From contig NW_024704743.1 of assembly GCF_018977255.1 (NCBI RefSeq), positions 58,778,001-58,842,000 on the forward strand: a DNA stretch of 64,000 nt, written 5' to 3'. Source of the DNA: Callorhinchus milii (taxonomy: Eukaryota). Every line of letters starts with the position of its first letter. The stretch's first letter is position 1. A program made the position numbers and the translations under genes. The notes under the pieces were generated by a model that was not told where the DNA came from, searched no databases, and saw only the letters and a program-made list of their open reading frames with translations. Of the stretch, positions 1-13,635 are shown piece by piece.

Positions 1-2660
1 CCAGCTGCTATTATGTTAAAACTGTCCTGAAACCAAAGCCTGTGGGTCAGACTCCCTCTTCATGCTCTTTAAACTTCAATGATATTGCAGAGTGTGGGGT
101 GGTTCGAAACAAACCCTTTATCAAATGGGTATAAACTGAAGTAATAACTGATGTTTCGCACTACCAGGGTTTATGCTGACTGCAGGATAACCACAATAGA
201 CTATATATATTTTAATGCCAGTAAAGAGCTGACTGCCCTGTTGGCTTTTTACAAACATTAAACATGGATCTGCTATGTGAGGAGTTCTGTGCATTTGCTA
301 AGCAGGAATATGAAGGGCTCCGCTTTACCGAACTGCTCAATGTAACTCCGGGCTTCATAATTCCACTGCGTTACACTGTTACCCGCAGTGTAATCAAAGC
401 ATAAGAATTCTTACTTTCTACACAAATTCCAAATGTATTTACCATTCAGCTTTATTAATAAGTATATGCATATTACTCAGATAGAACTAGTCAAAAACAC
501 AATTGATAACAAATTTCAGAGGAAATATGAACATGGTTACTATGGGCAACATGGGTATACTTCGTGGAGAAGCTCCATACAACTGTGCTTAGTTAATTTT
601 CCAAACAGTTAAAACTGGTAGATGAAAGGTTTACCACAAATGCATATTAAATTTTGACAGCTAATCTAATATTGCTTAGTGCCTTTCTAGGATCGGTATG
701 CAATTAACTCTACCACAGAAAGGTTCAAGGACAGATAGACGAGACCTGTGTACCCCGGTGTTTAGATAAAGGCAGCTTGGTGTTTCTGTCTTTTCAAATT
801 TGATAAGTAACCCAGTGACTTCTGATTGTGTTTTGCACCTTCACGTTCACCAACGATGGAAGAACCAGCCCAGATCACTGAAATGTATGCAAGACGTCAG
901 TTTTGCTATCATGCTCATGCCATCTGCTGTGCTGTCAGTATTCTTCTTCACATTCAGTCATCTCACTTGCACAAGTGTTAGACGCTTACATTTTCATCCT
1001 GTTCAGTCACGCGATCCTTTTAGTGACAAATTTCATCAAAGCAGTTATGGGGCAGTATTTTCACATTAGCAAGACCTTTGACTCCTTGTACTGTATACGT
1101 CCTGCACCATCGCGCAGGCCTGTTGATGTGTGACTGACTGCTGTGAAATACGCTTTGCAAACAGGATTCTTTCTCCCAGCGTATATAATCCATTTGCGTG
1201 AGTAACCTGTGTCCATAACTGTGTTCGCAGACAAAAGCATTTCAAAAGTGTTCTTCAGATGAGTGGTTATTGTTTATGATATACAATTACATAACATGAA
1301 AGATGTTGGATACAAAAATAGATTGACCTCTGATATTTATGTTATCCACTGGCCCCATGCACCTCATTTAATAAAATGATCAATAATACACTTATTGATA
1401 CGCGATTAGTAGGTAATAGTCAATTCTTTTATACAATAAAATTTACATTTACCCAACTGTTTTATAACTAGAACATAGAGAAGAGTACTCTTTCCACATA
1501 GCGTGAAAGAATGTGTCTGTCAATCCTCGTACAGCCTTTTCCACTAACTCTAACCAGAATGGTAAGGCTGCCTTTTTTTTCTTATCTAGCTCAAATAAAA
1601 AGTTATCATTAAAACTACAGTTACTTTACCACCTTCAAACCTTGTTAGAAATATTGGATTCAACCAGATCCATCGCAAATGACTCTTACCATTCATCCTC
1701 TAAAGTTCACTTTCAAAAGTCATGGGTGTATTTTGGAAATACAAGAATGTCATTTATCAAAAATAAAAACGCATACATTTCTGTCATTGAGGAATACACT
1801 TGATAGAATTCAGCATTGGACAACAATGTAAAATTGGGGCTATTATCTGTACAATACCTTTGGTAGTAATGCCATGTCTATTTTTCATCTCATCTACTCC
1901 TCTCAGTGGTAACATTGTCACTGACAGTGAGAGGTCAGTGAGCAGCATCCTCTTCGTGAATGTTTGCAAGCACAGAGAGAGCTCCAGCAATCACATGGAC
2001 ATCGCTCTCGTACTCCCCTAAACCGCTCTGTGGTGCCAGGGCAGTTCCCTCACAATGCCAATGTGTACAGTGCAACAAAAGCATTGCTCTCGAGAGCAAC
2101 AATTCTGCTAGGAAATGAAGAACAGATAAGAAATAAATAAGAAATGATAAGCAAATAAGAATAACAAATAAGGATGTTTGATTCAAAACGGTTTGTCTGC
2201 TCAATTGATTTCATCATCCAGGTCTTTGTTCAATTCCTTTGTCATTATCCCCCTACACCCATAACAGTTTATTCTTTCCCAGTGTGTCGATAATGAATAA
2301 GCTGTGGCTGCTACATTTGTAGATACAGCATCAGTTTGCCAATGACCTATTTTAGTCATTTGGATAGTTCTGGGGATATCTCCTTGACATGCTAAGGCCT
2401 GCTCAGAAATATAACTGCTCCCAACCCACAGAGCTCAATAGCAGAACACCCTTTGATGAATACTGCTGCAGTTTTTGTTTCAAGTAAATAAAATGTCCAT
2501 TCACAAGTACATTTTCCGATTCGCAGTGGCCACAAAGGGTTTGTAGTTTGTTAAATTGTTTCGAGGCTTAGTATCTTCATCTCAGCCTGTGGGTTTGGCA
2601 TGAAAGGGGCACTGGGCAGCTCTGATGTTAGCCTGATCTCAAACCACACAGGTTCAGTAT

Positions 2661-2765
2661 GGTTCAGACGAAAGGTCGTCGACCTGAAATGTTAACTCAC
2701 TGTCCTCTCTCCATAGATGCTTCCTGACCTGCCGAGTGTTCCCAGCGACTTCTGTTTTTTTATAT
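2661..2765 (+). mobile_element. Penelope-like element terminal-repeat relic with a degenerate minimal hammerhead ribozyme
   Basis: GGTT-CAGACGA-A-AGGTC-GTC-GACCT-GAAA-TGTT-AACT followed by ...CTCTCTCCATAGATGCTTCCTGACCTGCCGAGTGTTCCCAGC, a motif I recognise as a common chondrichthyan repeat. Confidence 0.7.
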
Positions 2766-5700
2766 TGCATAAAGAGTTCAGTAATCTCTTATCACCAAGC
2801 CCTGCTCCACTGGCGAGCTTGGTCACGCTCAAATTAACATTGGATATGGTAAATTCAAACCAGAAATGGATTGTTTTTTGGAAGTATTCAATTGTAGAAA
2901 ATCCCTCGTTGGTTGGAAGGTGGGGGTCATTTTTTGTCTAACGGGGAAACCGACTGAATCTGCAATATTTTTGTGAAGCTTGCCCCAAAAAGGCAAGCCT
3001 GCTGTAGCCCTGATGGTAGTGATTTGGTTTCTGTGAGCTGTTTGATAAATCTCCCTGAAGGCAACATGCTGTTTGGTGGTGTAGTCGGGACTGCACGTGT
3101 AAACGCTGGTCCAGCTCCAAGCTCCAAGTCTTATTCGCTGACTTATTCGTCATTCTCTCATTTGGGTGGTCTCCCACCAAAATAACTTTTGTTTTTAGGG
3201 CTTTGGTGAAGACGTTCATGTGATGATGCGAAACGACAAGTGACTCGTCGGACCGTCACTTTGGGTCAATGTAAAAACCGGTCCACGTGGGTTTCTAAAA
3301 AGGACCATAAACCCATCCCCTAAACCCAGACCCAGAGCGAGATTCTGATCCGCATTTGCAATGATGGGCCACGAAAAGCAATCGCACCTTCCCCTCGGTT
3401 TACACAACCAACATTAAGGGCGCAGTTTCAACAGAGATTCATGTAAAATGTTATCAAGAGCAAATCTGTGTGCAATGTGTAGGCTACCGTCTGCTGTTAC
3501 CGTTGTACAATAGTTGTCCTGTCTGAGTTTGGCGATCGTTGGACTCTCTCAGCGTTTGAAGCACAAAACAGGAGGAACTGATCAGTGCAGAAAAGAGCAG
3601 ATCCGTGAAGCTGTCTCTGATAGAAAGTGGTGAAAGTAGGAATTGTTCCAACAGACAGGGGGTAGAACGATGTTATGTAGTGCACTGTTTAGATAAATAT
3701 GTACTGTCTGTAGATAATCTGTCAGTCCTGGATCCAAGGTCTAGAATTGCGGGAAGCTCACAGTGCTTTTGAACACTATTAATTAAATTATGAATTTCCT
3801 CTTGAAACCGCTACTGGGACATTCGATACCCAATGCCACTTCTAAGATTTGCTTGAATTTAACGCGTTTGTGTTAAGGTTGGACTGTAATCTCTACATCT
3901 GGAGTAGTCTGTGCGGTGCCTCGCACACAGTAAGATGGATGCTTAGAGACCGTGTCTTCTTTATTTCTTTTTAACGAATGCATTGGTTATCATTAGTCCC
4001 AGTGGTTCCCCGTTTAACTCCGTCAATTTAAAACCTACCACAGAATATTCCAGCGAGTATATCAAGACTTTGTTGAAACATATATGTTTCCGCTGTAACC
4101 TAAAGAGCTTTCTGCCGTATTGTTTTCCCAACGGCTTGTGGTACAGCCATCAAAGTGCACCAATAATTGAGGAAATGCGAAAGTGTTTCTGTGCAAAGCG
4201 CACTCCGGTAAACACAGGACACTTACTCACTCTCATCGAATGCTCTTTCGCTAAATAAAACATAGGCGGACTGTCTATTAAAACTACCCATCTATTCGGC
4301 TTGAAGAAAAATCTTGCACTTGTTGTTTGTTGCAAGAACAAACTACCGAAAGTGATAATGACAATAATGATCCTTACATTTGGTATATTGCATTATCGCG
4401 TCGTTTTGAGACATCTCAAAGGGCTTCACAGAATATATTGCACCGCGAACTGACTCTATATTTATGGTCGAAATACGCAGCCAAGTTAAAATCACACTTT
4501 GATATCAGTAATTCTAAGCAGCTGTAAGTTGATGGTGAAATGGTGTGTGCATCAAGCCCAGAACTTGGATCTCCACTGTGTCTACAGTATTTGCACTGAG
4601 GTTATGCTCCTGTTGTACTGGGTGGTGCAGAACGCTTTTCTCATCTGCAGACTGCCATCTGGAGCTGAACGCTGCAAAACCCGTCCTTCACCGGGAGATA
4701 AGATTCAGACAGAATACCTCATCCCTCAGCCTGTTCGCTCTGTTATCCAAGTCTCTCTGTGTTATCTCCTTTCCCCCCTTACAGTAGATTGCCCTATTTA
4801 TTTTCCCCAAACAAATCTCTTTAAGAATGCCCTTTGGCCACAGAACCAAGCGCTGAGCCTTTCTGCCCCTGACAATCTGGTCGTTTTATACATAAAGCAA
4901 AATGACTTCAGAAGCGACGTGGCCAACACTCAGCTATTCCCCTGGCCGGGGGGGGGGGGGGGGGGGCATTTTTTTTGTGTGTGTGTGTGTCCGGTTCAAC
5001 ATTTCTTTTGGTTAAATGACTGGCATTTACCAGAGAGAGAAAAAAATAAAGAGTTCAGCAAATTGAAGCTGGAAAGATAAAAGAGCGCACGTTCACTTGG
5101 AAGCTGCAGAATGGCTTCACCTACTGTTGCCAGTGTCAGGTTAATGTCATCAATTTCAGATCAGTTGGGACCATTTAGACGCGAGTTCGTCGGGAGACCG
5201 ATTATTTGTAGCAATACTTAACAGTCATGGAGAAAGATTAGAACTGCCTGGTTATTCCACACTGGGAGGAGGACAATACAAGGAAAAGCAAGAGGGATTC
5301 CCGCGCATTAGTGGGGCTTTACTTTATTTTGATTAAAAAGCATACTGCTCCCTTTTTATAGTTAAGTCGGGTTTGTCCTGTGCTAATCGCCACTCTTCCA
5401 GAATACCGCATCCTCTGCTGCTAACCTTTCTGTTCGTGCTCTTCATGTTTGCTCAATTAAAATGTTGCATTATATTTGTGATTACAGTACAACGCTCGGT
5501 GATCCTTTTATTAAACCAGGGGAGAGAAAAAAATATAAAACGACATTACCTCTCGATTGTAAATCCACGGGTTACCATCTTTCATTGTGTCTCTTGTATC
5601 GCAAAGGCTCTGTCATTAATATCCATTAAGTCACCATTTAATAGGGACAATGCAGCGAATATTCACTTCAGCTCTGCATTTAAATCGGCGTTAAATAGGT

Positions 5701-7282
5701 GAAGGGTTTTTTACATGGTCAATGCCTGTCGGTGTTGACACCCTTCTCTGTCTCACTGTGCTACAGAGATAGGAAGCATAATGTCACGCCAGACTTTTGT
5801 TTACATACAAAAGTTTACAACCAGGAGAGTAAAACTGGCGATGAAAAGGCCTATTGGCATTTATCGCTGTTAAAAATCTCGCTATGTTATTTCCAGCGAA
5901 AATATCAGGTTCTGGCCGACAGCTAAATGCTGTGTTTTAATGGAATGTGAAATATAGTATCTTTGTTTTAAAAACAGTCCACATGGAGAGTCACCCATTG
6001 CAAATAAAAAGACGTGGTCACTTAAAAGTGATTGAAATCTAACTTTTGAGGGCGGCCGAATTATTATACCGTTTGAAAGCTCGTGTTACTGTAATAACAC
6101 AACCAGCAACCATGATATTGTTCCTCATTCACAACTATATCATTCATCTCGTTTCACTAAATGTTTAATGTTAAATTGTGAAATACAAATACGGTACTGC
6201 CCTTACCCCGAGTATATTTTACTTGAATGCAGTTTGCTAATTTCTGGAGTTTAGATTTTTTTTAAAAATAAGCACTATACCCAAAAAGTGATTTTTTTTT
6301 ACAATTTGGATTTCCTATCTTTTATCAAAATGCTCCAGATAGCCTCGGAGTAGTGAGTGACAGAGCAAACAGAGGAAATCTCTGGTAACATTCATCTTGG
6401 GAGCACTTTCATTAAACGTAATTCATTCGACTTTCAGCATAAATTGAGTGACATACTTACAGCACAGCCTATTTACTACTGATGGAAAAGCTGAAGTTTT
6501 TTTATTTCACTTACTGTCAATTCGGTAAAAGGCAACTCATCAACATGTCAGTCTCCTGCATATAAGAATGCCTAAGACGTGTTTACAGAGTATCACGTAG
6601 GTTGTTTAAGTTTGGCTTACTAGGGATGTGGATGTAAGCCATCAGAAGGATCGTGTATTATGTACAAACATGCCTTCCTTTTTCGGCGTGCCATTTCCTA
6701 GCCTCTGCAAGGTTTCCTTGTGGAAAGTCTCCAAGATTAACTAGAGGAGGATTAGATGTGCCAGCATAATCCAGGTTGTAAATTCCGTAAAACCCCAAAG
6801 AGGCTTTTAAATATTCTGCTCCCACTAAGCGCCACTGAAACCATCCCAGTACAATAATGTGCCAAACAATTCAAGCAAAGTACTGAATTTACTCGGATGT
6901 ATTGTGTTTTGATTTTCTACGGATCTTATTTTATGTTAAACTTTGTAGACTCGGAGTTGTACTTTGCAGTTACCGGGGAATCAAAATAACAGCATTTAAA
7001 AGAGGACATTATAAAATATGAGCTTTTGTTCATTGCTATTAGCACATTGGAAAGTTATGGCTTTCTTAAGCACTCACAGAAGACTGCCACATTTACATAC
7101 TGCATAGAGCATATACCTCAGTTAGTTTTCTCAGTTCCATATAATTTCACACAGACTGTAGCATGAAGATCCGCAGATAATTTATATTCATTGGTTCTTC
7201 AAAATATATTGTACAATTAATGATTGCATTCTGGCTGAATTGAAATATTAGGACATATATGTGCATGTTACTAAGGTTATAT

Positions 7283-7390
7283 AATAATAAATAATCCTTA
7301 CATTTGATATAGCGCCTTATCACGTCTTCGAGATGTCTCAAAGCGCTTCACTGAATATACTGTAAAGTGAATTGACTGTATATTTTGTAT
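7283..7390 (-). mobile_element. SINE 3' fragment (similar fragments at about 36597-36720 +, 52565-52680 +, 60965-61050 -)
   Basis: ATAATCCTTACATTTGATATAGCGCCTT...GTAAAGTGAATTGACTGTATATTTTG matches the SINE tail. Confidence 0.85.
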
Positions 7391-7685
7391 AAACCAGTCA
7401 CAAGGGACATGATAAGAGAAACATAAGTAAAGGTGGTGAAGGAATATGCACGTTGGAAGTTTTAGGGGAAATCATGACTGATTGTGTACACCAATCCTCT
7501 GGAAACGTGAAAGATGACCACAGTGGAAACAAGGGCTTTGGTTTACTATACTGAAATGACCGCTGTATCATCTTCTTGCTGAATCTTTGTCGTCATTTAT
7601 ATTGTAAAGTGATGTTGTCCCCATTACCTTTGACATTGGGGTTCAGTCTCGGCCAACCACGCAATAGTTTCGGGAGCACCAAATA

Positions 7686-7701
7686 GCGCCCACTACTGGC
7701 C
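7686..7701 (-). promoter_or_regulatory. Candidate CTCF site
   Basis: GCGCCCACTACTGGCC against the reverse consensus GCGCCMYCTRSTGGYC, one mismatch. Motif match only. Confidence 0.3.
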
Positions 7702-7855
7702 CAGCAGAATGTAACAGGCAGTTGAGTTACTGTGGTATAACTGTCCAAGGCATAAAAGCAACCCAAATCTCACAAGACCACTCCCCACACCAAGTGTGTG
7801 CTTGTGAGTGTGTGTGTGGGGGGGGGGATAAGGGCAATGGAGGCATATCAGAGTT

Positions 7856-7924
7856 TTCACCAGAAATTAGCTCCTTCTGGGCTGACACCTTCTGATCCGT
7901 GTGTTCAAAGCTTTCAACTCCTCT
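7856..7924. repeat. 69-bp direct repeat, copy 1 (copy 2 at 9515-9583)
   Basis: TTCACCAGAAATTAGCTCCTTCTGGGCTGACACCTTCTGATCCGTGTGTTCAAAGCTTTCAACTCCTCT, 67/69 identical to copy 2. Confidence 0.95.
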
Positions 7925-9514
7925 CTTCTTTAACTAACATATCTAACATATCTAAACACGTCGCCTGAACTGCAATCATGTACAACCGACCGTTCTTTAA
8001 AAGCCGCGGTTCATAATTATGATCAATTAATTCCCAATGCAAAACAAGTGACATCCCATCGCAGACGATCTATCAGATCCAACTGATTTGAACCAAAGCG
8101 GCTTTAAAAGCCTTTGAAGCCAGGCTGATGGGATAAACGGTGTGCATGCAGAAAGTATAACTATATTTCTATAATTTGAAGAGATGTCAACAGCTTTTTT
8201 TTTGAAAGGATGGATGCAATTATGCAGTTCAAGGCGATCCGAGTTTGACCAATAAATCTCCGCCACAGCAGTTCTGAAGGAAATGCAACCAATAAATGCA
8301 GAACCTTCCGGGACTGTAATAATAAACTTTCATTGGATAAGTTTTACGTGAAACAGGAATTGGGATAGAATCCACCAAGGGACTTTATTATGCACCTCGC
8401 GACTAAACTGTATTAATGTGAATAAAGCAAAATCTGATGAGATGAATTTATAGATGCATAATGCATGAATGGTGTCGACAATAATGCAAAGAGAAAACAA
8501 AATAAATGGACCGTCTTTTCAGATATCAGAGAGGTGTAGCGCTACCCAGAGATCTTGGTCAGATCGGGAGAAAATCCCTAGTTCCCGGCAAAGCGGTTGT
8601 CCAGAGACACTGTGCTACTTGTCCGTGTATTCTGGCCCACAAACACACACTGCACTCACAGCCACTACTCCGCCTTCCCACCACCCGCCTTGAACCTGCA
8701 TTGCCGTCCCCTGATGTGCAGGAACATTCTCGCCGTTCCTCCCACGTCCCGACCCGACCCGACCCGACCCTCACTGGAAGGAAGGACACGGAGCTTCGTG
8801 TCCATTCCGACAGCTGAGCGTGTGCCATATGGTCCAGTCGCTTCCCAGCCGCCTGTCCCCATCCCTTCACGGAACATCTGCCCGTTGTTTCAGCATTCCC
8901 GTCTGGGGCCCGAGGCGCGCATTTTGGCCCCTGTCCAGGACTGTTTCTCTCCAGCCCCGCAGACAGGGAGCGGAACATCCCGGGCGCTCTTTACTGTGGG
9001 ATTCGGGACAGATTGGTGGCATTTGCGAGACCAAATAGCCGGGATGGGGGTTGGGACAGGTCTCCTTTTATATGACTGAAAGTACCTGATGTGCAATCAT
9101 TAGTGAAAACACGTTGCACTCTATTTCACAAAAAGCAACTTGCTTGTTTATTTTATCCAACTGTCCATTCGGTTAAAACTAAAATGGTGCAGCGTTTGTC
9201 CTGATCCTGTCTAAGATGTCTCGCTTGCCATATGTTTTTTTTTAGCTATTATATGCCTTCGTTAAAAATCGCTGATCTGCCAGGACAGGATTCTCGTTTT
9301 GCGTCGCATTCTCAGGTTGCAACACATTGCAAATAACTGGAGGATATAAAATGATTTCTGAGACTTGATCACAATTGCTCAGTGTATAAATTCAACACAG
9401 CTTGGAATTAGGGAAGGGGTGGGAGGGGGGGGGGGGGGGTAGCAAACCTATTTAATTAACTGTCTAACCCGCTTCTCAAACGCGTGTCACAGTGTGTGAT
9501 CCATCCTTGTAACG

Positions 9515-9583
9515 TTCACCTGAAATTAGCTCCTTCTGGGCTGACACCTTCTGATCCTTGTGTTCAAAGCTTTCAACTCCTCT
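9515..9583. repeat. 69-bp direct repeat, copy 2
   Basis: Same orientation as copy 1, offset 1659 bp, two substitutions. Confidence 0.95.
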
Positions 9584-11831
9584 GTAATTCGTGTTATTTG
9601 TCCGCTAGTCCCAGCCTTGCTCTGGTCTACCCCTCCATTCAAGCCCCTGTAACTGCTTTATTAAGAGCCACTGATGAAATTGCACCGACACTTGAACAGG
9701 CCATTTGTCTGACTTTAAAACTGCCAACCCCGTGAAATATGGCATCTGTTACCATTACACGTTTTAATTTGAAAGTTAATTTCACTGGCAGGGACTGAGT
9801 AGGAATTGGACAGCCAGACCCCGGGTACTCTTGTTGCACTGAGTAACGACTTTGCATCGCGAAAACATTAGAGCTAATGAAGTCTGTAACTAAGTGATAA
9901 TTAAATCAGCATAATTTGCAGACTGACTGCTTTTGAAAAGCTCCCAGTTCACAGTTACAAGGAAATGAATGCGGTTATCGTTAAAATGCTACAACGTGGA
10001 AACAACCCCCAACTCCACTGCGGCAATAGGGGCTCTCAACAGAGTGGAGCCGCGACTCAAGATTTGATGCACTGGTTTTAACGCGCTGGAAAGTAACCAA
10101 AAGTGAGTTGTCAATGAGCGTTTTGTGTAAGAGCTGCTCAACCAGAGAGTGCAAAATGGGAGGTTTATGAGGGAGAGGAATTTGTTCGCTCAAATGTTTA
10201 ATTGCCCCTCCCCAGTCTCCCCCTCTCTCTCTCTCTCTCTCTCTGTCTCGCTCTTGTTTAAAGGAGAAGTGAAGGCCTCTTCCACCAAACATTATAGACC
10301 CCAAACCTCAATCGCCCCGCAGTCAAGTGGCTTCAACTGCCTGAAAACGTCCACACTCACTGAATGTGCTCTGATATCCGCACATCCGCGAGATAACATG
10401 TACATGTCCTTACGCTTAATTGTTCACGCATTTCCTTGATGGTCCCTTCTTTATCCTCCTTTATTCCCTCCTTTTCTAGTTGTTGTCCTCTGTTACTTGC
10501 AATTCGCTCTCTCTGTCCTTCCCCTCTCTATTGTCACCTTTGCATTTTCGCCCTTTGCTTTTGCTTTAGTATTTTCTTTGCTGTATTGCAATTTTGTTTT
10601 TAATTTTCTGTTTTTTAAAAAAAAAAATTGGCACGGCGTGTCCAAAGAGAGCAGCAATCGGCCAAATAAGTCTGAAAGAAAGGTGGATACGTGACTTCTG
10701 GGCGATCCTCCTGCACAGTATTTACTGGAGCACCGACAATAACCGAGGACCAAAGGGCAGACTGGACTGGTCAGGGGAAGTTTCAGTCCTCACTTGCAAA
10801 GCGGCATCATACGCCGAGTGAGGTCTCTGTGACTTATAATAAACGTGTGCAGCTATTGCGATTCACAAGCAGACCCCGAATCCCCATCCATAAAACCTAT
10901 TCCCCCGCATCCCAACTCCCTGCGCTTTAATCGTTCCCCCGTTGCAGGCATCGTGCGACCTGCAGCGCACTCTGGCGGCTCAATGGTGCAATTGCTCCCC
11001 GTCCTGCTGGACTGGACAGCTGGAGCGAACACGGGGGTGAAGTGCCCAGGACTCTCGCTGCTCCCGACTGCTCAAAACAAACATAAAGGCTTTCTTTGTC
11101 AACCAGTGATAGACTTCAGAAAGATGCCCTAACAGTAGCCATGTACACAGCAGTCGGGTTTTGGTAGAAATGCCTTTTGATGTCACGATGATGAGTTTTG
11201 GACATTTCCTGCACTCGGATCCAAGTGCCACGTCTTGGCTCAAGAGACTCACTGACTGGAGGTGAAAAAGGAACCGACCAGCAATGATATTGGTGCATCA
11301 TCATCATCATCAGACAGACATGCTCCAAGGCCTGGGTATTAACACGGCAGAGGTCTTGATGCCGACCCCGCGGGACAAGTATAGCTCGTGTGGAATAAAT
11401 CAGAGAGACCCGAGAGCAGTGTAAGTCAAGTCTCCCCAATTCGCCTCTCAGACTCAGCTTATTCACGACCCGACCCTACCCCAGAAACAGCAGCAGCGTA
11501 GGTGTGCAGTCGAGGGAACTCCGCTAAATTGTCAGTCATTTGCCATCCAGTTCCTGCCACCGGACGCGTTTGGAAATAAGTACAAATCCCCGAGTTATTG
11601 AGAGGGGGTTTTAACCGACTTCAGTACCACCTACAAGTACTCGGCTCAAAACATGCGCCGCAGAGCGTGGGTCAGCATCGCCTTGTGCACCGGTTTACAT
11701 CAGTGCCACACAGTCCGCTCACTCGAGCTTCGGGTCGGTCAGTGCAAGTTTTAAAAGAAATAAAGCTGAGCTCCCGGTGCGGTTGCTTTAAACGATTGGA
11801 CATTGCATTTACGAAGCGGGCGAGAACTTAC

Positions 11832-11885
11832 CAGATAGAGACTGCTCTGGAGGAGAAGGACGGAGTACCAATACACAGCCTGCAT
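11832..11885 (-). CDS. NXPH1: Neurexophilin-1 first coding segment (signal peptide MQAVYWYSVLLLQSSLYL) in exon 11832-11984; the remaining CDS lies left of the window
   Basis: Reverse strand reads ATG CAG GCT GTG TAT TGG TAC TCC GTC CTT CTC CTC CAG AGC AGT CTC TAT CTG|gtaagt. These 18 codons resemble the mammalian NXPH1 N-terminus MQAACWYVLFLLQPTVYL (recalled), which is also a 54-nt phase-0 segment. Acceptor tttcatttttgtttag at 11985. Divergent synteny with ICA1. Confidence 0.92.
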
Positions 11886-13436
11886 TCTCCTCTCTTAAAC
11901 TTCCACTGCTTCCCCTTTGCTTCTCAGCATAGATCCACCTTGTATCCGCTAGAGTAAAGGCAGATCTTTCACGAGCCTGTACATCTAAACAAAAATGAAA
12001 TTACAGACCCCATGACCACTACACAAGGTTACTTCGGAGATAAAAAAAAAAAATACGATTAAATGCGAATTAATCCAGCAAAACAGTGGAGCAATCTCAT
12101 AATTCAGTGCCTGCCAAGTTTCAATTCGGGGACGATTAAATCTGATCATTGGTGATCAGCCTCTCTGTGCCGCCGCCTCAACTCGCTCGCAAACGCCAAT
12201 CCACTCCAGCACGTCACTGCCAGTGACACCCGGCACCCGCCTGCCTATCACAGCCCGGCACCCCCCCCCCCCCCAACACCACCCCCCCCAGCCTCACAGC
12301 AAGTGGGGAGGGTCGGCCCTCACAGACCTGCAAGGGATGAGGGAGGCAAACTGCACAGCCACTTCACTGCGACCAAAGCAAAACCCCGCGCAATGTTCAT
12401 CCATCAGGCAGACCCCCCCCCCCCCACCCCCCACCCCCACCCCTTTAAGGATTGGTGTTGGGGGTGTGGGGGGAGGGAGGGATGCACCCGTGTGTGTGTG
12501 TGTGTGTGTGCAAGTTAGCAATCTGGGACCTGCCAGCATTATTTTTGCATTCCTGGGACAATCCGGTGGATTGATGCTCTCTGCGTTTAGCAAATTGTAC
12601 GTTCATTATTTAAGAGCACATGTGCTTTCTTTAGGGGTACAGACAGCGACCGGAGGGATTATCCGCACCACTAAACTGTGTGTAATGCTGTCCTTCTGAG
12701 CTGTACGCTTTGTGTCCGACCGTGTTGTGTCATGAAGTCACCAGCTGCTTAATAATAATGCCAGCAAAACAGCCCTCACACCAGCACAGCCGAGCTATTA
12801 TTAGCGACACTCGTTTATTATTCATCAAAATCTGCAGCCATTGATTATAATTGTTAGATTACTAGGATTTCATCAGCGGAATTACAGTGTTGGTACATTT
12901 TTATTCTGTTAATAATCACGTCGTTGATATTATGCCCACAAACTGACGAGATTGTTCTATTGTTATTAAAATAGAGACTTCGCCCAACTCGATGGTGATC
13001 TTCGTGCTTTCTGTGTTTCGCAAGGATGGTTGAACTCCTGCCTTGTGGTTTTTATGCATTCTTACCCATATTTTGCACTGTTACAAACAGATATTGCACG
13101 AGGATGTCACAGGCTGAACAAGCATCAATGCCGCATTCAGTCTTTCAGCAAACATGTCATTTGCAATCTCCTAACTGTGGAATATCAGTCACGTTGTTTG
13201 CACAGCCAACATCCTTTGAATTGTTGTCCCAGTTATTAATACTATATCATTACTAAAGCAATTTCTGACGGCAAATGATGCCTTATTGATTCATTGGCAT
13301 TACAATAATGACAGGAGCATGTAACTGGGAGGTCATTACACTGTGCTGTGTCGAGCCTGTGTACCTCTTGTTCTTGCTCACAAAACGCACGAAGATCTTC
13401 ATACCCTTTTTTAAAAAAAAATACAGATGCACTTAC

Positions 13437-13604
13437 CCCCATCGAAGATCGCGGGACATTCAATGCAACTGCACTTGTGTGATTGAGACCTGTCCGAAGG
13501 AAACACTCCAACTAGCATGCCGAGTATATGCCGATGTAGCCCGCATTTATTCAAAGGCTAAGGGTCAGAAATTCCAACAAGAATGATTGTGAGTCTCTCC
13601 CCTC

Positions 13605-13635
<31 letters not shown>

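Larger units (their letters stand above)
8560..12820. promoter_or_regulatory. CpG-rich domain around the NXPH1 5' end (patches about 8560-9010, 10630-11830, 12150-12820)
   Basis: Visibly high CpG/GC density, G/C homopolymer tracts and no recognisable TEs. Confidence 0.55.

Noticed and set aside
3220..3350. C/D-box snoRNA (GTGATGA...CTGA)
   Set aside because: No terminal stem, and it is antisense to the host intron.
7856..9583. CRISPR-like or att-like direct repeats
   Set aside because: Eukaryotic context, only two copies 1.6 kb apart, and no cas or integrase genes.
800..11100. Numerous 60-190 aa ORFs in the track
   Set aside because: No recognisable homology and they overlap in all frames. 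Consistent with intronic noise.
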